Source: an uncultured delta proteobacterium (lineage in GTDB: Bacteria; Desulfobacterota; RBG-13-43-22). Taken from it: DNA of 64,000 bases. Of this stretch, positions 1-7,948 are shown piece by piece. How positions within the stretch are numbered: the stretch's first letter is position 1; each line of letters starts with the position of its first letter. The position numbers were made by a program, and so were the translations under genes. Under the pieces are notes generated by a model. The model was not told the origin of the DNA. It was given only the letters and a program-made list of their open reading frames with translations, and ran no database searches. The stretch spans positions 32,001-96,000 of the forward strand of contig CAWJJC010000020.1 in assembly GCA_963843145.1 (NCBI GenBank), written 5' to 3'.

Positions 1-49
1 GATGCCCTTCGGTGACCGACTCGGACATAAAGACAAAATCCTCTTTCAT
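1..49 (-). CDS. metK: S-adenosylmethionine synthetase, 5' end only (runs off window)
   Basis: Reverse strand from ATG at 49 reads MKEDFVFMSESVTEGH, matching the MetK N-terminal F(T)SESVxEGHPDK signature; ATGA overlap with the ATPase stop (46-48). Not in ORF track. Confidence 0.85.
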   Translation of the reverse strand, partial: MKEDFVFMSESVTEGH

Positions 50-3000
50 GGGGTCTCCTTACTCATTTTGATGGTTTCGTTGATCAGCAGGGGGGCCACG
101 GCCGTCCCGCCGATGACCAGCCCATCGACGAGCCCGACCGGCGAAAGCTGCATAAGAGACCGCAACCCGGGCACGAACAGGGTCGAGACCTGCAACAGCA
201 CGGAAGCGGCCAGGGCCTGGGTCAACAAGCGGTTGGGCGGCAGCTTTTCCTTGGAAAAGATACTGATATGGTCGGACCGGCAACTGAAGGCATGGAGCAA
301 CTGGCCGATGCTCAGGCTCATGAACGCCAGGGTATTGGCCTGGGGACCTCGGCCGTAGCGGACCAAGCCGTACCCGTAGGCCGACAGGGCCCCGGCGGAC
401 AGCACCCCGGATTCGATCATGATTTTTTTAAAATCCTGCCGGCGGATGATCGGCTCTTTCGGGTCCCGGGGCGGTTTGGTGAGCACGTCCGGCTCCGGCA
501 GTTCCATGGCCAAGGCCAGACCGGGGAAGATGTCCGAGATCAGGTTGATCCAGAGGAGCTGCATGGCATTCAGCGGCTCGCCCAGGCCGACCGCCAGAGA
601 GCTGAAGACCACGATGATTTCGCTCATGTTGGTAGCCAACAGGAAATGAATGGCCTTGCGGATATTGTTGTAGATGGTCCGGCCCTGCTTGACGGCGATG
701 ATCATGGTTTCCAGGCGGTCGTCTTCCAGCACCACATCGGCCACCTCCCGAGCCACGTCGGTCCCGGACCTTCCCATGGCTACCCCGATGTCGGCCACTT
801 TCAGGGCCGGTCCGTCATTGATCCCGTCCCCGGTCATGGCCACCACCCGACCGGCCCGTTGCAGGGCCTGGACGATCTGCAGCTTGTGGGCCGGACTGAC
901 CCGGGCAAAGACCTGGACCTTCTCGGCCAGGGCCTCCAGCAAGTCCGGCTGCAGACTGTCCAGGTTGCTGGAATCCAGGATCTCCAGGTCCTCCTCGCGG
1001 TTCAGCTTCAAAGATCGGCCTATGGCGTAGGCGGTGGCCGACTGGTCGCCGGTGATCATGACCGTATCAATACCCGCCGTGTGGAACTGGCCGATCAACT
1101 CCTTCACCCCTTCCCGGACCGGATCGCCCATGCCCACCAGGCCGAGCCAGGTGAGGCTCCCGACCGCATCGGGGTCCTCCAGAAAATTCGCTCCGTCCGA
1201 CAGTAGCGCGTAACCCACCGCCAAGACCCGCAGGCCCTTGCCGGCCAGGCGCTCATTCTCCATTTCCAGTTCCAGGCGGTCCTCTTCCGTGAGGGGCATT
1301 CGTTCCCCGTCACGCATCCAGAAATCGCAGAGGGCCACGACCTCCTGGGGGTTCCCCTTAACCGCCGCCACCCGTTGCCCTTCCTCGGCGGTCCGGTGCA
1401 GGGTGATCATGTAGTTTCGGGTTTCCGTACGCAGGGCCGTTTTTTCAACCGGGAACTGTTCCCGGAGACTCTGAATATTGACGCCGGCGGTCAAGGCCAA
1501 TTGAATGAAGGCGTTCTCCGTTGAAGATCCGCTGACCAGCACATTACCGTCCTGGAAGACCGCGAGCCCCTTGCCCTGGACTTCACGAGTTTTTTGCTGG
1601 TACACGTCGGCGTCGGGGATGAGGGAGCTGACTTCGCTTTCATTGCAGAGGACCGAAATATGGATGAGCTGAAGCAACTCCGGCCAGAGGTACGGATTGA
1701 CGACTTCTTCCCCCTGCTTGAACTGATCTTTTTCCAGGTGGATGCGTCGCATCCCCACATTGAGCATGACCACGGACATCCGGTTCAGCGTCAGGGTCCC
1801 GGTCTTGTCCATGCAGATGGTCTGGACCGACCCCAGGGTTTCCACGGCTTCCAGGTGACGGATGAGGACATTGTATTTGCGCATGCGCCGCAGGCCCAGG
1901 CCCAGCGTGGTGGTGGCCACGGTGGGCAATCCTTCCGGGACGGCCGCCACGGCCAGGGAAATGGAGCTCTTCAGCATCTGGAGAAATCCGTAGCCCCGCA
2001 GCAGGCCGATGACAAATACCAGCCCGCAGACCGCCCCGGAAATCAAGACCAGTTGGCTGCCCATGGTATCGAGCTGCCGTTCCATGGGGGTTTCCGGGGT
2101 CTGGGATTCTCCCATCAGGGTCTGGATCCGGCCGATTTCGGTAAACCGGCCCGTGCCCACCACCAGGGCCAATCCCTGCCCTCCGGTCACCAGGGTGCCC
2201 ATATAGGTCATGTTGGTCCGATCCGCCAGCGCCACCTCCATCTGCAGCGAGGCCCCGTCGGACGCCTGCCCAAAGACCACCAGGGTCTCCGTGGTTTTGG
2301 AGACCGGCAGGCTCTCCCCGGTCAATGCGGATTCATCGATGGTCAGGTTATGGGCTTCGATCAGCCGGGCATCGGCGGTTACATAGGTACCCGGACGCAG
2401 CACCAGGATATCCCCCGGAACCACCTCTTCGGCCCTGATTTCTTCGGCCGTCCCGTCCCGGACCACAAGGGCATGGGGCCGGACCAGGGTCTTCAGGGAG
2501 TGAATGGTCTTCTCGGACTGGCTTTCGGTGACATAGCCGATGACGGCATTGATCAACACCACCGAGGCAATGACCACGGCATCGGCGATCCCGGCGGTGG
2601 CCACGGATATCCCGGCCGCCACCCCGAGCAGGGCCACCGGAAGGGATTTGAACTGGTCAATGAAGATGCTGAAGCCCGAGCGAGGTACCGACTCGGGAAG
2701 GACATTGGGGCCGAATTTTTTCAGGCGGGAAAGGGACTCCGACTGGGGCAACCCCAGAGCGGAATGGGAGCCGAGCTGTTCCAGCAGATCATGGGCCGCC
2801 AGGAGATGCCAGGGTTGGGCCGTCTGCTCTTCGGAATGGACGACCAGATTCCGGATCTTCCGACGGCTGGAGGCGGTTTTTTGACCGATAACAGGGGCCA
2901 GGGGATGGCGGGATTTCGCCTCGGCCGGTTCCGTCCGGCGGTTTCCAGACTGTCTTTCCGGAAAAAAAAGGGGATAAAGGCCGGCCTTTCTTTCCCGGCC

Positions 3001-3252
3001 TTCCTTTATCCCGTTGTTTTGCTGAAAATTAAGGACCAGTGTTTGAAGCAGCGCCCCCAGCTCCTCCGGGGTCCGATGACCGTTGAATCGGATGAGTACA
3101 TGGCCGGTCAGAATATTGGCGGAAAAAGAATAGACTTCCCCCTCCTGGTTCAATTGATCCGCCAGATACTGCTTGAGTCCTTCCGAGCGGTAGAGGCCCT
3201 GGACCCGATACCGGACCCGGCCCCGGACCTCCGTATGGATGACTTCGACCAC
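46..3252 (-). CDS. Cation-transporting P-type ATPase, P2A-like (Ca2+-type), with extra N-terminal HMA2-like domain
   Basis: DKTGTLT, TGES, MITGD, GDGIND motifs; M4 AVPEGLP, M5 TNMSE, M6 LWINLISD; N-terminus HTEVRGRVRYRV...SANILTGHVLIRF. Confidence 0.95.
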   Translation of the reverse strand: MVEVIHTEVRGRVRYRVQGLYRSEGLKQYLADQLNQEGEVYSFSANILTGHVLIRFNGHRTPEELGALLQTLVLNFQQNNGIKEGRERKAGLYPLFFPERQSGNRRTEPAEAKSRHPLAPVIGQKTASSRRKIRNLVVHSEEQTAQPWHLLAAHDLLEQLGSHSALGLPQSESLSRLKKFGPNVLPESVPRSGFSIFIDQFKSLPVALLGVAAGISVATAGIADAVVIASVVLINAVIGYVTESQSEKTIHSLKTLVRPHALVVRDGTAEEIRAEEVVPGDILVLRPGTYVTADARLIEAHNLTIDESALTGESLPVSKTTETLVVFGQASDGASLQMEVALADRTNMTYMGTLVTGGQGLALVVGTGRFTEIGRIQTLMGESQTPETPMERQLDTMGSQLVLISGAVCGLVFVIGLLRGYGFLQMLKSSISLAVAAVPEGLPTVATTTLGLGLRRMRKYNVLIRHLEAVETLGSVQTICMDKTGTLTLNRMSVVMLNVGMRRIHLEKDQFKQGEEVVNPYLWPELLQLIHISVLCNESEVSSLIPDADVYQQKTREVQGKGLAVFQDGNVLVSGSSTENAFIQLALTAGVNIQSLREQFPVEKTALRTETRNYMITLHRTAEEGQRVAAVKGNPQEVVALCDFWMRDGERMPLTEEDRLELEMENERLAGKGLRVLAVGYALLSDGANFLEDPDAVGSLTWLGLVGMGDPVREGVKELIGQFHTAGIDTVMITGDQSATAYAIGRSLKLNREEDLEILDSSNLDSLQPDLLEALAEKVQVFARVSPAHKLQIVQALQRAGRVVAMTGDGINDGPALKVADIGVAMGRSGTDVAREVADVVLEDDRLETMIIAVKQGRTIYNNIRKAIHFLLATNMSEIIVVFSSLAVGLGEPLNAMQLLWINLISDIFPGLALAMELPEPDVLTKPPRDPKEPIIRRQDFKKIMIESGVLSAGALSAYGYGLVRYGRGPQANTLAFMSLSIGQLLHAFSCRSDHISIFSKEKLPPNRLLTQALAASVLLQVSTLFVPGLRSLMQLSPVGLVDGLVIGGTAVAPLLINETIKMSKETP

Positions 3253-3262
3253 GTGCGGCTAT

Positions 3263-3943
3263 TTAGTTTTTTTTGGCCCGCCCGTGCGGACTGACCTCCG
3301 TAGCGGAAGAGGCCTCGGTCTCCCTGGAGGCGGAGGCCGCCCCGCTCCCCTTGGGCAGGAGGGAAGAGGCCACTTCCTTGACCCCTTCCACCACGCCGAC
3401 CAGCATGTCCTTCACAGACCGGACCGCGGTATTCCCAATGGTGCCGGCGGCCTCGATAGCGCCGCCCACGGCCACCTTGGCCACTTCCTCGACGTTGCCC
3501 CCCACTTCCTTGGTGGCCTCGATCACGCCGTCCACGGCCCGCCGGGCTACCAGGCCTACGTCGGCTCCGATCTCCGCGGCGCCTTTCACGGCCCCCTTGA
3601 CCGTCTGGCTGGCTACCGAAACCAAGTCACCGCCCACGTCGCTGATGCCCATGATCACGCCCTTGGCCACGCTCTTGGTGCTGAGGATCAGGCCCGTGCC
3701 GACTTCCTCCGAAGCCTGGATGGTCCCCTTGACCACATCCTTGGCGACGCTCAGGCTTTCGGTGACCACCGCGCCGCCGGCTCGTAGAGTCGTGGAGACC
3801 GTGTTGCGTACCAGGCTGACGATCTCGGATTCGATTTCATTGATGCCCTTCAGGCTGCTGACCACGCCTTCCTTGACGGAAGTGCCGGCCTTCCCGATGG
3901 TTTCATCCACTTTGGCGCCTGTCTTCTCCTGTTTTTCAGTCAT
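3263..3943 (-). CDS. Hypothetical protein with 22-residue Gly/Ala/Val-rich amphipathic repeats
   Basis: 226 aa ORF with RBS (ggag); exact 22-aa periodicity (VVKGTIQASEEVG / VAKGVIMGISDVG / TVKGAVKGAAEIG / AVDGVIEATKEVG / AVGGAIEAAGTIG). Confidence 0.8.
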   Translation of the reverse strand: MTEKQEKTGAKVDETIGKAGTSVKEGVVSSLKGINEIESEIVSLVRNTVSTTLRAGGAVVTESLSVAKDVVKGTIQASEEVGTGLILSTKSVAKGVIMGISDVGGDLVSVASQTVKGAVKGAAEIGADVGLVARRAVDGVIEATKEVGGNVEEVAKVAVGGAIEAAGTIGNTAVRSVKDMLVGVVEGVKEVASSLLPKGSGAASASRETEASSATEVSPHGRAKKN

Positions 3944-4022
3944 TACTTTTCTCCCTAAGAAAATAGTGTTGTTTTTTGTTTTAGATAATAAATTGTACTC
4001 GACTAAACTTTATGACTTCACA

Positions 4023-4550
4023 TTAAACCACCATCCCGTTGTCATTTGATTTCTCCGCCGGGGTTCCATTCTCCTTAGGTTTCGATTTCAAAAAAATGTT
4101 TAAGGCGTACCAGAAGGCCGTGTACCAGGCCGGGGCCATGAAGTTGCCGCGGCTGATTTGGTAAATGCCCATGATCAGCAGGGCCCCGAAAGACAGGGTC
4201 CCCACATCCATTTCCCCGCCGGTAAATTTTTTGATCTTATTTTCTACCTGGTTATATGTTTCAGTTACCTGTAGGTAAATATTGGAAGAAGGCGAACCAA
4301 TTTGTTTGGCCTGTCCGTGGAAATAGGTTCGGGCCAGATCTTTCATCATTGCCGGGTCCAGGGAATGCTTGATCAGGATGCTGCCGGTGACGGGATTGGC
4401 CGCCACCTCATGGATATTGGGATACTTCCCCGCCCGGTCCTTCAGGGACTGGAAAAAAGCAACGTCCCCTTTTCTCGATGGGACTCTGATCCGAAACCGC
4501 CCGGAGGTGGTGTGGCTGATATAGGCATCAGAAGGCAAATTGTTGAACAT
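4023..4550 (-). CDS. HMA2-like domain membrane protein
   Basis: HTTSGRFRIRVP...AANPVTGSILIKH plus C-terminal hydrophobic segment ending APAWYTAFWYA; start moved to ATG 4550 (RBS ggaggg). Confidence 0.8.
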   Translation of the reverse strand: MFNNLPSDAYISHTTSGRFRIRVPSRKGDVAFFQSLKDRAGKYPNIHEVAANPVTGSILIKHSLDPAMMKDLARTYFHGQAKQIGSPSSNIYLQVTETYNQVENKIKKFTGGEMDVGTLSFGALLIMGIYQISRGNFMAPAWYTAFWYALNIFLKSKPKENGTPAEKSNDNGMVV

Positions 4551-4590
4551 GACAGTTCCCTCCGTCAAAGGCCGGACTAAATTTTTACCT

Positions 4591-4887
4591 TTAATCTTTT
4601 GCTTCAATGGTACCGTCCAGCCCTGTTGCCGCCATGGCTCCGGACCCGGCTTCTTCCAATTCGGCCCTGGTCTCGGCTACCAGGTCCTCCACCACCTCCT
4701 GGGCTTCGGCCGCCACTTCCCGACCTTTCTGGTAAAGCAGAAAACCGCCCTTGATGGCAGCTTTGGCCATAGGCTTGACAACACTGGCCAAAACAGGTAT
4801 GACCACAGGTGCCAGAATGGAAGAACCGATACCAATGGCCAAGCCTGTGACGATATTGCCTTTCAGACCGTTATCAAATAGACCCAT
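4591..4887 (-). CDS. DUF5132-like small membrane protein (GxxxG)
   Basis: GLAIGIG...APVVIP..KPMAKAAIKGG..Y.KGRE..AE..EVVEDLVAE.RAE pattern; RBS aaggag. Confidence 0.8.
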   Translation of the reverse strand: MGLFDNGLKGNIVTGLAIGIGSSILAPVVIPVLASVVKPMAKAAIKGGFLLYQKGREVAAEAQEVVEDLVAETRAELEEAGSGAMAATGLDGTIEAKD

Positions 4888-4995
4888 ATCATCCGCTCCT
4901 TTCTCTTTGAAATAAAAATAATAGCTTTTTTCTATCTACTACAATAACAATTAAATCATTATTTGACTACGCATTTTCAATTTCAGGGAAATTTC

Positions 4996-5703
4996 ATGAA
5001 ACCGATCCCTTTAACAAAACGAATAATCTTTGCCCTGGATGTTGAAACCCCGGAGGAGGCCCGGGCCTGGGTGGAAAAACTGGAAGACTGGGTGAAGTTT
5101 TTTAAAGTCGGGCTCCAGCTTTTTCTGGCCGGCGGGTTCGACATCGTCGACTGGATTTTGCGACGCGGTTCGGAGGTGATGCTGGATCTCAAATTCTTCG
5201 ACGTGCCCCAGACTGTAGCCTCCGCTGTCAAGCAACTGGCCGGCCGGGGGGTATCCTTTACCACCGTCCATGGCAATGACGCCATCCTCCGGGCCGCGGC
5301 CGAAGCCAAACAGGGGGTGAAAATCCTGGCGGTTACTGTTTTGACCAGCCTGGACCAGGGGGACCTGAACGACCTTGGTTTTCAATGCTCCCCTGAAGAT
5401 CTGGTCCTATCCCGGGCCCGACGGGCCCTGCAGGTCGGCTGCGACGGGGTGGTCTCCTCAGGCCTGGAAGCGCCGAGGTTGCGAAAGGAACTAGGGGGAA
5501 ATTTCCTGGTGGTGGTGCCGGGGGTCCGGCCTGTAGAAAACCGAGTCGATGACCAAAAACGGATTGTCACTGTCCGGGACGCCTTTTTGAACGGCGCCGA
5601 CTACGTGGTCATCGGTCGCCCCCTGAAACAAGCCGCCGATCCCCTGGCTCTGGCCGCGGAGATGCAGCAGCAGATTCAGGAAGTGTTGGAGCAGAACGAT
5701 TAG
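4996..5703 (+). CDS. pyrF: Orotidine-5'-phosphate decarboxylase
   Basis: IFALD, KVGLQL, DLKFFDVPQTV, AVTVLTS, VVPGVR, DDQKR, VIGRP motifs. Confidence 0.95.
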   Translation: MKPIPLTKRIIFALDVETPEEARAWVEKLEDWVKFFKVGLQLFLAGGFDIVDWILRRGSEVMLDLKFFDVPQTVASAVKQLAGRGVSFTTVHGNDAILRAAAEAKQGVKILAVTVLTSLDQGDLNDLGFQCSPEDLVLSRARRALQVGCDGVVSSGLEAPRLRKELGGNFLVVVPGVRPVENRVDDQKRIVTVRDAFLNGADYVVIGRPLKQAADPLALAAEMQQQIQEVLEQND

Positions 5704-5704
5704 G

Positions 5705-5870
5705 GTCAGTTCCAGGTTTTTGAGCCCTTGACCAGTGGCTCTTGGCCAGTCATCCGGCCTGGCTCCAGATCGTTACCGATACCGTTGCGGGTAGCCCTGC
5801 GCCAACATTCAATGCAACCTCTTCGCTAAGCGGTGAACCAGATCCCGAACCCGTCACCATACTTAGGATC
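5705..5870 (-). promoter_or_regulatory. Possible degenerate, truncated cobalamin-riboswitch-like RNA
   Basis: Minus strand has, in order, TATGGTG..CGCTTAGCGAAGAGG..GCTACCCGCAACGGTATCGGTAACGA..GCCACTGG plus a GGTCA/TGACC stem; the 3' GGGAAGG/AGYCAGGAGACC box is absent. Confidence 0.35.
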
Positions 5871-5937
5871 TGGCCGCCTTTAATATTAAAAATATAGTGG
5901 GGGTACGAATAACGTAAAGGAAAATTCTTATCGAAAA

Positions 5938-7791
5938 TCAACGAATAAATCGGTGGGCGTCTTTTCGCAGTTCGTGGCTCTCCAACACATGAAAAAAACG
6001 GATCGATTTAAGCAACGCCGGTGAAAACTGGCCGATCGGCAGAAAAACAATCTTTTTCCCTTGACGCTCGGCAAAGGTTCGGCAGAAGGATCGGGGTGGT
6101 TGGGCGGCAATATAGGCCACCAGGCGTTCCTCGCTGTAATCGATCCCGGCCAACAGCAGCCTTTCCGGCTTTGAGCGGGCCGCGTTGAAAAACCGATCTT
6201 TCCAAACTTCGAACATCCGCAAGGGGGGATAGCTTAAGACAAAGCCCCCGTACTCACAGCGGGAGATCCCGGGTCCGACCACGTTTTCACCGGCCGGAGT
6301 GGCGTAAAAAGCCATATCCGACTCCTGATCGTGCTCCCCCAGCCAGGTTATCTTCCAGGGAAACCGCTCCGCCTGGTTCTTCGACGATTCATCCTCCTCG
6401 AAAATAAACACCACGGACCCTACCTGGCCCCGGACGGAACTTTCCTCCCGGACATAGATTTTATTTTCCACCAGATGGCGCAGCGTCTCCTTCACGTCCA
6501 ACCCGTCCAAAAGGGAGGTGGTAAACGGAAGCAGCCGGACCTGTTCCTGAGACAAAACCCCTCGGGCCTTCTTCTTAACGTAATCCCCCAGACCTTCCAC
6601 CCGGATGTCTTCGGGGGGATAGGAGCAGATGGCCTCTCCCCGCCAGCGTTTTTTGAACTCCTCCTGTTCGGCCGGGGATGCCCTTTTTTTCGCGGGCACC
6701 GGCACCAGGCGACGGCGAAAAGTCCGGAAGCGCCGATAGAATTGGATCTTTTTCTGATTGATCCGAAGATCCTGGGCGGTCACCTCAATTTCCGGCAATC
6801 GGGACGGGCTTTCCTGGTAAGGGTAAGAGGACCCCCTCTCCCAGACTTCGTAGGAAAAGTCATCGTTGACCGCCCCGCGGGCCGCCACCAGAAGCTGGTA
6901 AAAATCCGGGGTCAAGGTCCCCTGGATAAAGGCATAGTTGCGGGCGAATTTTTTTAAGACGATCAAGGCCGGCTCCCTAATCTTTTCCCGGCTGTTCTTG
7001 TAATGCTGCCTTTGCGCCTCCCCCAGCAGTTCGTCGCGGAGGCGCAGGCGATCCAGATTCCAGAAATCTTCGGGATTGCCGGTCTCCCGGGCCTTGGTTC
7101 GTTTTTCTTCGTATTTTCCTTGTAAAAAGGGCAGCTCTGAAAGGATCTCCCGGCTGGAATCCTCCTTCAGGTTCCCCAACACGACCCCGGAGCGCGTCTC
7201 CCGCCCCAGGGGTTTGGCGGGTTCCAAATCGAGTTGCCTGCGGATTCCCGAGAAATGCCCCAGCCCGCAGACAAGAAGAACCCGTTGGTATTGGCGGCCT
7301 AAGGCCAGGACCTGAGAGGCCATGGTCCGTTCCCGCAGAAGGTCATCGGGAGTCGGGGTCTCACTCCCCCGTTCCTCCCAGTAAACCCGGCAATAGGCTT
7401 CGTAACCGATTTGGGTCAGCGCATAGGAGTCCGGCATGGGGTCCCGAAATAGGGGATAGCCCTCGATATCCCGATCTACAAAAAAAACCGGGAGGGCCTG
7501 CTCTTGTGCCAAGCGAACCGCCTCGATAATCCCATCCACGGGTTCTATAGGCAGATATACCGTTCTTCCGGACTTTTCCGGGTAAACCAGGACCGAGAGG
7601 TAGGGCAGACGACGGACGCCGGCTACTATTTTTTCCTGCAGGGTAGGGGGCAATTCCACTGCCACGGCCGAAGGCCGGAGATCGGTAAAACGCCGGTGAA
7701 CCTCCAGGGCAAATTCCAGCCGGTTGTGCAGGATGGGAACCAGGTGGATGTTCTTAAAGGTGAAAAGGTGGTTTTCGTTAGATGGGGTCAT
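5938..7791 (-). CDS. Conserved hypothetical protein, N-terminal TraB/YehM-like fold, MoxR-associated
   Basis: PILH..F..EV...RPSAVAVELP, FFVDRD, RERTMA, LLVCGLGH; start moved to ATG 7791 because the ORF's upstream extension reads through a repeat. Confidence 0.75.
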   Translation of the reverse strand: MTPSNENHLFTFKNIHLVPILHNRLEFALEVHRRFTDLRPSAVAVELPPTLQEKIVAGVRRLPYLSVLVYPEKSGRTVYLPIEPVDGIIEAVRLAQEQALPVFFVDRDIEGYPLFRDPMPDSYALTQIGYEAYCRVYWEERGSETPTPDDLLRERTMASQVLALGRQYQRVLLVCGLGHFSGIRRQLDLEPAKPLGRETRSGVVLGNLKEDSSREILSELPFLQGKYEEKRTKARETGNPEDFWNLDRLRLRDELLGEAQRQHYKNSREKIREPALIVLKKFARNYAFIQGTLTPDFYQLLVAARGAVNDDFSYEVWERGSSYPYQESPSRLPEIEVTAQDLRINQKKIQFYRRFRTFRRRLVPVPAKKRASPAEQEEFKKRWRGEAICSYPPEDIRVEGLGDYVKKKARGVLSQEQVRLLPFTTSLLDGLDVKETLRHLVENKIYVREESSVRGQVGSVVFIFEEDESSKNQAERFPWKITWLGEHDQESDMAFYATPAGENVVGPGISRCEYGGFVLSYPPLRMFEVWKDRFFNAARSKPERLLLAGIDYSEERLVAYIAAQPPRSFCRTFAERQGKKIVFLPIGQFSPALLKSIRFFHVLESHELRKDAHRFIR

Positions 7792-7806
7792 CCCTTTTCT
7801 GAGCTC

Positions 7807-7943
7807 AAATTCGAAATTCGAAGCACGAAATCCGAAACAAGCACGAAGGTCCAAAATCCCAATGATCAAAACCAAAACGTTTCGAATTTTGAAATTTGGT
7901 CATTTGAATTTGTTTCGGATTTCGTGCTTCGAATTTCGAATTT
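7807..7943. repeat. Palindromic miniature element (heptamer AAATTCG family), copy 1
   Basis: Perfect 34-bp terminal inverted repeat aaattcgaaattcgaagcacgaaatccgaaacaa. Confidence 0.9.
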
Positions 7944-7948
7944 AAAGG

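Noticed and set aside
268-3294. Long plus-strand ORFs (312 aa, 566 aa); likewise 9440-10789, 26929-28083, 55477-56388 and 58922-60334
   Set aside because: Antisense shadows of well-supported genes in GC-rich DNA, with no recognisable motifs.
3263-4887. Magnetosome island interpretation of the Gly-rich membrane proteins
   Set aside because: No mamA/B/E/K/M/Q-like genes or magnetochrome CxxCH motifs in the window.
4946-4980. Fur-box-like sequence upstream of the fez-like operon (TTGACTACGCATTTTCAA and an AATAATGAT half-site)
   Set aside because: Spacing is one base off the palindrome, matches are weak in AT-rich DNA, and TTGACT may simply be a -35 box. Iron regulation is not supported without a PWM scan.
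5702-5937. 6S, SRP, tmRNA or RNase P RNA in the pyrF downstream gap
   Set aside because: Their hallmark motifs were not found on either strand.
7807-7943. Heptamer repeats as a CRISPR array
   Set aside because: No constant repeat with unique spacers and no cas genes; the structure is palindromic. No CRISPR array was seen in the window.
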